Assembly: GCA_050015395.1 (NCBI GenBank)
Contig: JBEKBM010000004.1
Coordinates: 32,001 to 96,000 of the forward strand
DNA: 64,000 nucleotides
DNA from: Candidatus Bathyarchaeia archaeon
GTDB lineage: Archaea; Thermoproteota; Bathyarchaeia; Bathyarchaeales; Bathycorpusculaceae
Reading direction: 5' to 3'
Shown piece by piece: positions 9,642-19,647 of this stretch; position 1 is the first letter of the stretch; the number at the start of each line of letters is the position of its first letter. A program made the translations under genes and the position numbers. Under the pieces are notes generated by a model. It saw only the letters and a list, made by a program, of their open reading frames with translations, was not told where the DNA came from and searched no databases.

Positions 9642-10078
9642 AGTTTCTTCTTGACGCCTCAGCAATGCTGCCCATCGTAACCCGAAGCGGAAAAAAATTA
9701 ATTGCAGACGCTGCCCAGGCAGACTTTATCACTACTGATTTGGCAATTTATGAGGCATGCAATGGTCTTTGGAAACTGTCAACGCTTCTGAAAACGATTA
9801 GCCTTGAAAACGCCCAAGAAATAGTGGAATTACTAAATGAGCTAACAACCAAAAACTTAATCCAAACAATAAACTTTACAACCATAGACCTACTCAGTAC
9901 ACTTAACCTGGCGCAAACAAACCACCTAACATTCTACGACGCATCATACATTACAGCCGCACAAAACATCAAAGCAACTCTCGTAACGGAAGACAAAAAA
10001 TTATTCAAGACCGCAAACAACTACGTTAAGACAATGTCCGTTGCTCAGTTAGAAAAAGAATTTGCTAACAGCACATAA
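9638..10078 (+). CDS. vapC: VapC PIN-domain toxin
   Basis: FLLDASA, YEACNGLWK, LTFYDASY, LVTEDKKL. Confidence 0.9.
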   Translation: MKFLLDASAMLPIVTRSGKKLIADAAQADFITTDLAIYEACNGLWKLSTLLKTISLENAQEIVELLNELTTKNLIQTINFTTIDLLSTLNLAQTNHLTFYDASYITAAQNIKATLVTEDKKLFKTANNYVKTMSVAQLEKEFANST

Positions 10079-10092
10079 CTCAAGCTTTGGGT

Positions 10093-10174
10093 AGTGATTT
10101 CTCAGTCTTTATGCCTTAAATGAAACGACAGGCCTTCAAGTGAGTAGCCGAAACAATTTAACCTTTAACCTTTC
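10093..10174 (-). pseudogene. Decayed copy of the 5' end and promoter of the NimA-family gene (homologous to 9196-9278)
   Basis: Reads (CTG)SFHLRHKD*EIT versus MSFHVRRKDREIT; the upstream DNA also aligns. Confidence 0.75.
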
Positions 10175-10355
10175 GAATCCGCCAAAATAGCATAGCGGTA
10201 AAAACGTGCATACATGGTTAAGCATGCAGGCCTAAACCGAGTTAGCGCTCAGTAATGCTTAATATTCAAATAAGAGAATTAGTTTTGTAGGTTAGGCATC
10301 GATTTGAGGATGTGAGATTATTAAGACAGAATCGTTTGATGTTGAGAAAACTGTA

Positions 10356-11606
10356 ATGGAAATGATTTTAGAGGATGATGTGGCAAAGAAGAGGCTGTTA
10401 GCCGAAAAGATTTTTGACGCTGCTTACGCGGAGGGGATTTATCCCGCAAGTATCCATGAATTTTATATGGCTCGTGGCAGGGGCGAATTCGCTGGTTTCA
10501 CAGTTCCCGCGATAAATTTGCGGAGTATGACTTATGATTTGGCTCGTGCAATATTCAGGGTTGCAAATAAAAATGATTCTGGCGCTTTCGTCTTTGAGAT
10601 TGCCCGCTCTGAGATCGGTTATACTAATCAGCCGCCGATCGAATTCGCAAGCATGGTTATGGCAGCAGCGATAAAAGAGGGCTATTCCGGTCCAGTCTTT
10701 ATCCAAGGAGACCATTTCCAAGCCAACGCAGCCAAGTACAAAGAGAATCCCAATAAAGAAATTGAAGGCTTGCAAGCTTTAATTGAGGATGCGGTTAGTT
10801 CAGGTTTCTTAAACATCGATATTGACTCATCAACACTCGTCGATTTAACCAAACCAAATTTTAAAGAACAACAGCTCCTAAATTATGAAGTCTGCGCAAA
10901 ACTCACTCAGTTTATCCGCCATCTTGAGCCGAAGGGGATCACGATTTCGGTGGGTGGAGAGATTGGCGAGATTGGGCATCAAAATTCGACACCTGAAGAC
11001 CTGCACGTCTTTATGGACGGCCTCAAAGACAAGATGGACAAGGGTGTGGTTGGCATTAGTAAGATTTCAGTTCAGACGGGAACAACTCATGGCGGCATTG
11101 TCCTACCTGACGGGTCAATCGCGCAAATCATGCTTGACTTTAACACGTTGAAGACTCTTTCTGAGATTGCCCGCAGAAAATATGGGCTGGCGGGAGCTGT
11201 TCAGCATGGAGCGTCAACCCTGCCTCCTGAGGCATTCCACAAGTTTGTCGAATGCGAGACCGCTGAAGTACACTTAGCCACAGAGTTCCAGAACATGATT
11301 TACGAATCAAAGCATTTCCCAGCTGATCTAAAGAAGAAAATATATGCATGGCTAAAAGTCAATGCCATAAACGAGGCTAAGCAAGGCGAAACTGAAGATC
11401 AATTCCTCTACAAGACCCGAAAAAAAGGGTTAGGCCCTTTCAAGAAAGAAATTATGAGACTGCCACAAGAGACGCGCGATGCAATTGCGGCTGAAATCGA
11501 GACAAAGTTTGATTTCCTCTTCAAGCAACTCAACATCGTAAATAAGCGAGATCTATTGAATAAATACGTACACGCCCCATCAAGCAAAGAAAACCGTATA
11601 CCATAA
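10356..11606 (+). CDS. Class II fructose-bisphosphate aldolase family protein
   Basis: FTVPAIN, QGDH, GGEIGEIG, GTTHGG, VQHGAST metal/substrate motifs. Confidence 0.85.
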   Translation: MEMILEDDVAKKRLLAEKIFDAAYAEGIYPASIHEFYMARGRGEFAGFTVPAINLRSMTYDLARAIFRVANKNDSGAFVFEIARSEIGYTNQPPIEFASMVMAAAIKEGYSGPVFIQGDHFQANAAKYKENPNKEIEGLQALIEDAVSSGFLNIDIDSSTLVDLTKPNFKEQQLLNYEVCAKLTQFIRHLEPKGITISVGGEIGEIGHQNSTPEDLHVFMDGLKDKMDKGVVGISKISVQTGTTHGGIVLPDGSIAQIMLDFNTLKTLSEIARRKYGLAGAVQHGASTLPPEAFHKFVECETAEVHLATEFQNMIYESKHFPADLKKKIYAWLKVNAINEAKQGETEDQFLYKTRKKGLGPFKKEIMRLPQETRDAIAAEIETKFDFLFKQLNIVNKRDLLNKYVHAPSSKENRIP

Positions 11607-11837
11607 CATTCGAGCGGCACCCATGTAAAGACTGTTACTAGTCTTTCCCTTTTTTCATTCGTCCCATAATTCTCTGACAATGAACCCCTACATTCTTCTA
11701 ACATTGTCATAATTTCCCTTATAACGACCTTTGCAACTCCAGTTAATCTGCTCAATAGAAAAGCGGTAATTGAAGGAAAACTCGATGGAAAAGAAACGTT
11801 CTTGATCAAGATCATGAAAACTGCAGTGAAAGCAGGG

Positions 11838-12932
11838 CTACTCTGGTAGAGGTTCCTTCTTAATTGCCTCCGATAAAAGAGCATCGGCAACACGATATTT
11901 TCCTTCCTTTACCGATACTATTCCCGTCTTCATCAAGTTTTTCAAAACGGTTGACGCCACATGGCTTGTCACCGATTTCTGTTCCTTGGATTCGAGAACA
12001 GCTCTTGTCTGTGACCAACTTGCTTCGTTAACTTTCACCAGAAAATTCAGAACAACTGCGTAACGTCTTGACAAAGCAGTCATCTTAAGAACTTCTGCCC
12101 GCACCAATTCCTTTGCCTTAGAAGCCACCTCATCGACAATCAGGCTCGAAGATACATTGCTTTCCTTGCATCTGACGCCAAACATAGTAAGCCAACCTGG
12201 GACGCCGTCCAGCTTTTGAACAGCATAATTTAAAACATCTAAAGAAGCCGACATCTTGATCTGCCTGAAACCTTCAGCTAGGAAGTCCATAGCCTCGTTG
12301 GCGGAAAAATCCTTCATTTGAACCTGAACGTAATGTCTGCCGAACAGCGGAGAATCAGGATTATCAAAACCCAAGAAGTCAAATAAAACCCCAACCTCCG
12401 ATCCAGTTACAACTATTGGGACGTTGCGGTAGGTGTCAGCAACATGAGCAAGAAAGCCAAGCATCCATTTGTCGCCGCGAATTACCTGAATCTCATCGAA
12501 GGCAATTACGAACTCCATGTGCCTATCCGTAGCCCACTTATTAATTTCCAAAAAAAGTTCACCAAGGTCTATTCCTGCTCTGCCCCATTGAAAACTAAGC
12601 TCGTTACCTAAGATGGATACACCCCTAAGATGTTTCAACGCGCCTGTTAGGTCAGAAAACCATTTCCGGTCTATCTGTCTGAAGGCGGCCTCAAGTCTGC
12701 GCACGACGTCAGACTGGGAAGGGTTGTAAGGCAGTTCACGTAGGTCCAAGAAGGCATAGGGAAAACCGCTCTCCTTCAAAGCTACATTAACGAAAGAGGT
12801 TTTGCCCGTTCGTCGAAGCCCGGTCACAACTGTCACAGGTGCAGATGAAAGAGCACTCAAGAACTGTTTAAGTTCAGGGTCACGATCGTATAAATCTTTC
12901 CTGTCGGTCTTAGGGTGTGAATCGAAATACAT
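11838..12932 (-). CDS. Archaeal ATPase (AAA/STAND-like) with C-terminal winged helix
   Basis: DLYDRD.EL, GLRRTGKTS Walker A, IAFDEIQ Walker B, VTGSEVG, DGVPGWL. Confidence 0.88.
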   Translation of the reverse strand: MYFDSHPKTDRKDLYDRDPELKQFLSALSSAPVTVVTGLRRTGKTSFVNVALKESGFPYAFLDLRELPYNPSQSDVVRRLEAAFRQIDRKWFSDLTGALKHLRGVSILGNELSFQWGRAGIDLGELFLEINKWATDRHMEFVIAFDEIQVIRGDKWMLGFLAHVADTYRNVPIVVTGSEVGVLFDFLGFDNPDSPLFGRHYVQVQMKDFSANEAMDFLAEGFRQIKMSASLDVLNYAVQKLDGVPGWLTMFGVRCKESNVSSSLIVDEVASKAKELVRAEVLKMTALSRRYAVVLNFLVKVNEASWSQTRAVLESKEQKSVTSHVASTVLKNLMKTGIVSVKEGKYRVADALLSEAIKKEPLPE

Positions 12933-12967
12933 GTATAGGTACCTATACTGAGTATACCTCCCTATAC
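12933..12967. promoter_or_regulatory. Tandem operators: perfect palindrome GTATAGGTACCTATAC plus degenerate GTATAcctcCCTATAC
   Basis: Abuts the ATPase start codon and its BRE/TATA (minus strand GGAAAGTTTTTTAG). Confidence 0.7.
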
Positions 12968-12986
12968 TAAAAAACTTTCCCTCGCA

Positions 12987-13064
12987 CTAAAGGTCAAGTT
13001 CGTCTTCTCTGTCTGCGAAGTCTTCGCCCGTCACGATTGTTCCGTACTTGAACGGGTTAGGCAT
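12987..13064 (-). pseudogene. 25-codon N-terminal stub of a second archaeal ATPase
   Basis: MPNPFKYGTIVTGEDFADREDELDL*, the typical NPF..G..V....F.DRE.EL start; GGTGA SD upstream. Confidence 0.75.
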
Positions 13065-13439
13065 TGTAGTTCACCATCTTCTCCGCTTTACAAAAATGTG
13101 CAACACATTAATGTATATTTTTCGCTTTACATAACTGTGTAACACACATTTGTAAAAGACCCTAACACTGCTTTGCCAGTCAAATGCTTGCTATAGTGAT
13201 GTCAGGATGCTTAATCGGCTCATCTTCTGAGAGAACATCTATAACACCACTTTCGCCTACATGAAGATATACACCACCGCTCATGTTTTCCATTACAGCA
13301 CGGAGCGCAAAAAGTTCGAGGCTGAACTCGAAGACCTAGAGAAAAAATTTGAAGAAGACAAGCGGCAGCGACAGCTTTCGGGGACTCCTCAAGCTTAGCC
13401 TTCCTAATGAAACTAAATTCTGATAATTCGAAATAATAT

Positions 13440-14027
13440 TTAGACTTTGAGAGTTTTTAGCCATTCCAGATAAGTTTCTCTCATTTTTTGCAGGTTTTCC
13501 AGTACATGCACGTCTTCCATGCTTTCAAGTTTTCGGACTTGGTCAGCTTCTTCCTTGCGTACTCTTAGCTTCATTTCTTTGCCGTTTGGAAGTTTCGTGT
13601 AAACGATGCTTTCCTTGTAATCTGTTGGCAGTATGTAAACGGGCACAAAAGCCTTCAAACTCATAATCGCCGAGTTCGTTATCAAAGTGTCACCTATGCC
13701 ATTAACGAGTTTAGCAACCGTGTTTGACGTTGCAGGGGCTATGAGCAAAAACTCGTATTTGCGCATTTGCATCCAAGCGGCAAGAAAAGGAGAATTAGAA
13801 TTAAGCTCAACTTGCACTTTCGGAAAATTCCTCTTCAACTCATCCTCAAGCCTATAAAACTTCAACACAATGTCAGCAGCTTTCGAAACATAAACATCAA
13901 TCTCCACAACATCTTCCGACTGCTTCTTTAAATCCTTCATTACTTCCAATATTTCAGCTATTTTATCGCCGGCACCAGTGATTCCCCACGCAACCTTACG
14001 CTTTTTCGCTTTCACGCTTTCAACCAT
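13440..14027 (-). CDS. Archaeoflavoprotein AfpA-like flavoprotein (probable start MVESV)
   Basis: VAWGITGAG, LIAPATSNTVAK..GIGDTL (HFCD flavoprotein fold). Confidence 0.8.
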   Translation of the reverse strand: MVESVKAKKRKVAWGITGAGDKIAEILEVMKDLKKQSEDVVEIDVYVSKAADIVLKFYRLEDELKRNFPKVQVELNSNSPFLAAWMQMRKYEFLLIAPATSNTVAKLVNGIGDTLITNSAIMSLKAFVPVYILPTDYKESIVYTKLPNGKEMKLRVRKEEADQVRKLESMEDVHVLENLQKMRETYLEWLKTLKV

Positions 14028-14040
14028 AACGATCAATCCA

Positions 14041-14637
14041 TTATTTTTCTCCATACTTCTCCATGTAAGCTGCAAACCGCTTCACAGTTTTCCTCAAACT
14101 TCTAAATCCTTCCTCATCCAACTTGACACCTTCCAAAGTGTCCTTAGTCCAGAAAGTTGCACCTAAATTAGCGCCAAAAAACCCGCCGCTAACAGGAACC
14201 GCGCCATTAAGAATGTAGAACGTTAAAATCTGCATTAACGCGTTCTCTTGTCCGCCTGCCCTGTCACCGCCCAAAGCAATTCCCATGCCGATTTTGCCCC
14301 TGAAAAAGTCTGGGTCACCCGCCACAGCGGCTCTACAGCGGTCCATTATTGCTTTGGTTTGTGCGCTCACTCCACCATTATAAACTGGCGTAGCAAAAAT
14401 TATCCCCTTAGCGTCTTTTAACAACGCATAGACTTCTTGCATGTCATCTTTGAATGCGCACTCCTTGTTTTTCAGGCAGAAATCGCAGTGCGTACAGAAC
14501 CCAACGCGCTTTCCTCTGATTGTCCAAAAGCGGGTTTCAAACCCTTTCTCTTGGAGCATTCGCAGAGCTTCTTTCAAAACATAATCAGTGGCTTGTTCTC
14601 TTGGGCTTCCGCAAATTCCAACTATCATAAGCTTCAA
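14041..14637 (-). CDS. Iron-sulfur flavoprotein (flavodoxin/NADPH-dependent FMN reductase family)
   Basis: GICGSPR, CTHCDFC..C, IFATPVY, GGDRAGGQE. Confidence 0.85.
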   Translation of the reverse strand: MKLMIVGICGSPREQATDYVLKEALRMLQEKGFETRFWTIRGKRVGFCTHCDFCLKNKECAFKDDMQEVYALLKDAKGIIFATPVYNGGVSAQTKAIMDRCRAAVAGDPDFFRGKIGMGIALGGDRAGGQENALMQILTFYILNGAVPVSGGFFGANLGATFWTKDTLEGVKLDEEGFRSLRKTVKRFAAYMEKYGEK

Positions 14638-14878
14638 TAAACGTTAACTGTTAATTTGCATTAAAGCATTACTCCAAACACAACAGAAAGACGCTAAACT
14701 TAAGAGCGAAATTTGAAGGGTGAACCGAAATCCTTGATGCGCCTAAGACTTACTTAACTTTTACTTTTGCGATCTCCGAGAGCACTGCAAGTTTTTGTTT
14801 TTCATTCGTTCAATGATTCATCCAACCGAAGACTTATTAACTTTCGCTTAAGTAAATTTAAGGTCAGGTTGAATAACT

Positions 14879-15712
14879 TTGCCTAAGAAAAACCAAACCC
14901 TCCTCCTGCAAAACAAAGGCGAATTCACAAAATTCCAAATCCTCCTCGAAGTCATGCACAACCAACCCCACATAAAACAAAAAGACATCGCCGACGTAAT
15001 GGGAATCACCATACAAGCCATCTCAAAATACTTCAAAAAACTCACAAAAGAAGGGCTTCTTGAAGCGGGCTCTGGACGCGCAGACTACCATTTAACCCCA
15101 AAAGCAATAGGTAAACTTCATGATGACCTAAAGGGTCTGGAACGCTACGTTACCTCCATCAGAAGCGAAATGAAGATTGAACGCGCTCTGCCAGCCATAG
15201 CTACTCAACCCGTCAAAGCAGGGCAAACAGTCGGCTTAATCGTCAAAGAAGGCGTCACGTACACTGTTGACCCGAACAATCCAGTTACAGAAGCAAAAGG
15301 GATAGCCATGACAGACGCTGCGGTAGGAGAAGATTTGGGGCTAAGGAACCTGCAGGGCAAAATGAAACTTAAACAAGGCAAAATCCTCATCGTTAAGTTG
15401 CCCAGCATAAGACAAGGCGGCTCAAGGGCAGTAGACATCGAACAAGTCCAAACGCTCTATGAGGAGTTTAAGCCGGACAGGATAGCGGTCATGGGTGCAG
15501 TTGGCAGAGCAGTTCTGAACAAGCTGAAGCTGAAGGCAGACATCGAATTCGGCATCAGCCGTGCCGTCGCCATAGCAGCTTCAAGGGGGTTAAACGTATT
15601 TGTGCTTGTTGTGGGCAGAATGACCAACCGCATGACCCAGGAAATAGAAAATGTGAACATGAAAAGCGCAGCCAACATAAGCTACGAAGTAAGAGACGCA
15701 AAAACCCCCTAA
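14879..15712 (+). CDS. Archaeal winged-helix transcriptional regulator (COG1497-like)
   Basis: TKFQILLEV..NQPHIKQKDIADVMGITIQAIS; AASRGLNV C-terminus. Confidence 0.75.
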   Translation: MPKKNQTLLLQNKGEFTKFQILLEVMHNQPHIKQKDIADVMGITIQAISKYFKKLTKEGLLEAGSGRADYHLTPKAIGKLHDDLKGLERYVTSIRSEMKIERALPAIATQPVKAGQTVGLIVKEGVTYTVDPNNPVTEAKGIAMTDAAVGEDLGLRNLQGKMKLKQGKILIVKLPSIRQGGSRAVDIEQVQTLYEEFKPDRIAVMGAVGRAVLNKLKLKADIEFGISRAVAIAASRGLNVFVLVVGRMTNRMTQEIENVNMKSAANISYEVRDAKTP

Positions 15713-15864
15713 CCCCAACTCACCTCGCGAAGTGACGTGAACGTTACTTTTTTTTTATCGCGCGCTTGGTACTTTCTGATCAAAGAGGCGAAGGCATCTT
15801 CCACATCTTGATTTTCCAGACCGCGCCAGCTTGTGGAAGCCTTGGTTGTGTTAATTTCATTATT

Positions 15865-16512
15865 CTATCCCGCAAAAATTATGTAGATTCCAATTGCAGC
15901 AATGACAAAGCCCACAATAGAATCGTTGTATTTCTCAGGGACATGCTCAAACGTTTTGGCAAGTCCCTTGGCGCCAACTTGAACGAGAACCAATTGAGAC
16001 AGAATTGAAGTTACGACAAAGATGATGAGAAGATAGACTGCAAATAGCAGACCAACTGTGATGGAAGCTAGGAAGATGGGAGTGATGCTTAGATCGGGAG
16101 AAAGTGCAGCTCCAAGAACAGCAAAGTAACCAATTCCATTTAGTCTCGACGCATTCTTTTTTTCCTTCTCAAGTAATTTCTCCCCCGGGGTAATCTCTTC
16201 TTTCTTTTTAGACACAAGAGCCCTGACACCGATGAAAAGTCCAACTGCAAGCATTATGAATCCAACAGCGTATGAAATGTAGGAAGAGATCAGCCTTGAA
16301 AACAAAAGTCCTGCTACAGCGATTCCAAATCCCAACGCCGCCGAAAGAACTGCGTGACCCGACGCTGTTACAAGTGATATGCCGAACAATTTTTTACTAT
16401 TCCAACCCGACTCTCGGCTCAGAATGCAGAGAGTAACCCAGTGGTCTGGAGCTGACATATGCAAAACTCCAACAAGCGCCGCCCCAACCAGCAAAGGCCA
16501 AATGTCAGTCAT
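15865..16512 (-). CDS. NiCoT-like nickel/cobalt transporter
   Basis: LHMSAPDHW (HxxxxDH) in TM1, GH in TM2; about 6 TM. Confidence 0.7.
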   Translation of the reverse strand: MTDIWPLLVGAALVGVLHMSAPDHWVTLCILSRESGWNSKKLFGISLVTASGHAVLSAALGFGIAVAGLLFSRLISSYISYAVGFIMLAVGLFIGVRALVSKKKEEITPGEKLLEKEKKNASRLNGIGYFAVLGAALSPDLSITPIFLASITVGLLFAVYLLIIFVVTSILSQLVLVQVGAKGLAKTFEHVPEKYNDSIVGFVIAAIGIYIIFAG

Positions 16513-16820
16513 GTGAAACTTATCAACCTGCGCAGTTCACAAATTAGCTTTACGCCTGTCCTTTAAGCTTTGTTGCATTAATAGGCAAATTCCACAAATC
16601 AGAAACGATTGTACCTATGAACTCTGAAGAGGAAATTGAAGAATCCATCGAGGATTATCTTAACGCCAACAAGAACCTGACTTATAACACCCAAAACAAA
16701 ACCGCTCGTCACCCGACTATTGTACCGGAACCGTCAGAGCAGGTCAGCTATAAAATTAGTGAGAAACTTGCAACTAGCCTTAAGTAAAAATTTAATTAAA
16801 AAAGAGTATAAGGCGGTTAA

Positions 16821-19037
16821 TTACTCCGATTCAAAGTACTCTTCTGGTTTCGGCGGAACCGGTGGCAAACCTCTGCGTTCACGAATCTTTTTTATTGTGT
16901 CAGCTTGCAACTGCTCTGGAACTGGTGCCCAACGGCTAAACTGTGTCGCCCAGAAAGCTCTACCCGAAGTGGAACCGCGCAATTCATCAGCGATGCCGAA
17001 ACTTTCGGAAACTGGCATTTCAGCTTTAACAGTAATCATATCTTCTTCCGATGGCATGTCTAAGATTTTGCCGCGTCGCTTGTTAAGTAAAGTGATAACG
17101 GAACTGACGAATTCGCTTGGAACCTTGCATTCGAAACTTAAGAGCGGCTCAAGCAGTTTTGGATCGCTCAGCAGTATAGCGCAGTATATTGGTCTCCAAG
17201 TCATTGGGATAGCCTGTGCTGGGCCTCTGTGAACCGGGTCTTCATGGAGCGTAATATCTTCAAGGTTGATTTTTAAGCCGTAAGCTGGTTCTTTAGCTAA
17301 AGGTGAAGTGTGCACAGCCTCGCGGAACCCAGTTTTAACGTGGTCAAGGACCTCCTCCACGTACTGTCTTCCTCTAATACGATTGCAAAGAATGTTGTTT
17401 TCTTCAACACATACTGCACCTTTAGCTTCGTCCGGTGCCCAACCTAACGAACGTAGTATTTTAGTTCGTTCATCTTTATTCTGTATGTCATTAATTTTAT
17501 CAGACTTTATTGCTTCAATCACTTCATCTGACAGTTTCTCAATAGTTATCCAAAGTTTATTGTGTTTGTTGGGGCTTTTACCCATTATTGCCGGACCACG
17601 ATAATCGTGACTTATGGTTTCTCGGTAATTAACAATTGGTTTGCTTAGTTTAACTTTCAAGCCTGCTTCCTGCATGCGGTAAGCGGTGATTTCAAGGTGA
17701 AGCTCACCCATACCTGACAGGAGGAATTCGCCGCTTTCCTTGTTCATAATGAAGTGCAGGTTAGGGTCTTCTGTTGTAAGTTTGTGCATGACTTTATCAA
17801 ACAATGGCAGGTCTTTGACGTCTTCTGGTTCAACAGCTACTGTTACGACTGGGTCTGAAACGTATCTTAAGCCTTCAAACGAGTGCACCTCTGCACCGTC
17901 TTCAGCAATAGTTTCGCCGACATGTATGGCTGGTAAACCTGAAATCGCGCCGATGTTGCCTGCTGGAACACGGTCAATGATCACTCGGTCTGTTGCCATA
18001 CTCATGAAAACCTGCTGTATAGTGCCCTTCTGGCTACTGCTTACAAGTTGGACTACTTTTCCTCTGGTGACTGAACCACTGAAAATTCTGCCGATTGCAA
18101 CTGTTCCGCTGTGTGGATCAACTTCAATTGTGGATATGCACATGAGCAAAGGAGCATTCGGGTCCACTTTCGCCATGCCTTGTCCTGTTGGACTGCTGAC
18201 GTCTCCTGGCCAAATCTGAGGTTGTCTGTATGGTTGCGCTTGATAAGGATTAGGTAAGTGCTTGCAGAACATGTCCAAAATCGGTTCATGTAATGATGCT
18301 CTCTTGCTTAATTCATCAACTTTTCTCCCAACATCCTCAGGTGCACCAGTGTAAGCGTCAATGATATCTTGGAAGGTAACTTTCTTCAGTTTCATATAGT
18401 CAACGTTCAAACCCCATTTATGAAGCGCTGAACCAAAAGCCACACGACCATCTTCAACTGTGACCTGCCAATCCTTCTTGTGCTCCGCAGGTGCATACTT
18501 CTCAATTAAATTGTTTACTCTCATGAGAATCTTAGCGAATTTTCTTTGAATCTCCTGAGGCGTAAGCTTAATTTCCTTTATGAGCCTGTCAACCTTGTTT
18601 ATGAAAAGAATTGGTTTTACACGTTCACGCAAAGCCTGCATCAGGACAGTTTCTGTTTGAGTCATGGGTCCTTCAACGGCATCCACAACCACAAGTGCAC
18701 CGTCAACTGCTCTGAGACTTCTTGTTACTGCACCAGAAAAGTCAATGTGCCCAGGCGTATCGATGAGGTTGATGAGGTAATCTCGGTTATTGTAAGTGTG
18801 GACTAGGCTAACGTTTGAAGCGAAAACGGTCATTTGGCGTTTCTGCTCAAGATCCCATGAGTCAAGGAACAATTTTTGTCCAGCCGTTTGCGTGCTGATA
18901 ATGCCTGCCGCGGCTAGAAGGCTGTCGGAGAGAGTGGTTTTTCCATGGTCAACGTGCGCGATGATGCTGGTGTTGCGTATAATTTCTGGGTTGTCCATCA
19001 GTTTAACAATTTCATCTGTTTGCCTATAACGCGCCAT
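16821..19037 (-). CDS. fusA: Elongation factor EF-2 family GTPase, probably the paralog aEF-2p
   Basis: AHVDHGKTT, DTPGH, NKVD, GMGELHLE, diphthamide loop HEDPVHRGPAQ; switch I RQMT; not next to rpS12/rpS7. Confidence 0.9.
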   Translation of the reverse strand: MARYRQTDEIVKLMDNPEIIRNTSIIAHVDHGKTTLSDSLLAAAGIISTQTAGQKLFLDSWDLEQKRQMTVFASNVSLVHTYNNRDYLINLIDTPGHIDFSGAVTRSLRAVDGALVVVDAVEGPMTQTETVLMQALRERVKPILFINKVDRLIKEIKLTPQEIQRKFAKILMRVNNLIEKYAPAEHKKDWQVTVEDGRVAFGSALHKWGLNVDYMKLKKVTFQDIIDAYTGAPEDVGRKVDELSKRASLHEPILDMFCKHLPNPYQAQPYRQPQIWPGDVSSPTGQGMAKVDPNAPLLMCISTIEVDPHSGTVAIGRIFSGSVTRGKVVQLVSSSQKGTIQQVFMSMATDRVIIDRVPAGNIGAISGLPAIHVGETIAEDGAEVHSFEGLRYVSDPVVTVAVEPEDVKDLPLFDKVMHKLTTEDPNLHFIMNKESGEFLLSGMGELHLEITAYRMQEAGLKVKLSKPIVNYRETISHDYRGPAIMGKSPNKHNKLWITIEKLSDEVIEAIKSDKINDIQNKDERTKILRSLGWAPDEAKGAVCVEENNILCNRIRGRQYVEEVLDHVKTGFREAVHTSPLAKEPAYGLKINLEDITLHEDPVHRGPAQAIPMTWRPIYCAILLSDPKLLEPLLSFECKVPSEFVSSVITLLNKRRGKILDMPSEEDMITVKAEMPVSESFGIADELRGSTSGRAFWATQFSRWAPVPEQLQADTIKKIRERRGLPPVPPKPEEYFESE

Positions 19038-19647
19038 AATTATTCAGTCTCCTTTTTGATTATATTTGTAATTTTAAATGTTTGTTTTTTAATTATATGT
19101 AGCATTTTAGTAATCTCTCGAAAGTGATAAGCTACATGGAAAGTGAATTTGTAGCCTATTAACTTTATGGCATGCTTTTTTGAAACACTTTGGAAATTAA
19201 CAATTGCATAATCAGCCGCAATCATATTTTTCTTTCAAGCAATTTGGCAATAATTGCCAATTTAGCTTCATCTGGCTAACGAGTGAGCGGTTGATTGTAC
19301 TTTGCAAGTTGGTTAAGCCTAGTTCGCAAAAAAGGATAAAAAGGCTCGATTTTTCTTATAAGAAAATAATGAATTTGAAATGGGAAAAAGAATTGAATGA
19401 ATAAGAAAGCTGTTGTCTGGTTAAAATTTGCTAAATCGCGGTTAAAGTCAGCTTTGCGCCCGATTAGTTTAAATTCAACAATCAACAATAAAACGAAAAA
19501 TAGTCTAAAAATGACGGCAATTAAGTTAAACCGCTGAGGATATGAATGTGTTCTCAATCAATTCCAGTCGAGGATATGAATATTTAGTTAAGTCTTTAGC
19601 ATTAATTTTACTCTCTTATTATGAGGTTGCTATATAACTAGTCAATC

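Noticed and set aside
19561-19575. ORB-like TTCCAGTCG suggesting a replication origin
   Set aside because: Single partial match with no G-string, no repeated ORBs and no cdc6/orc1 nearby.
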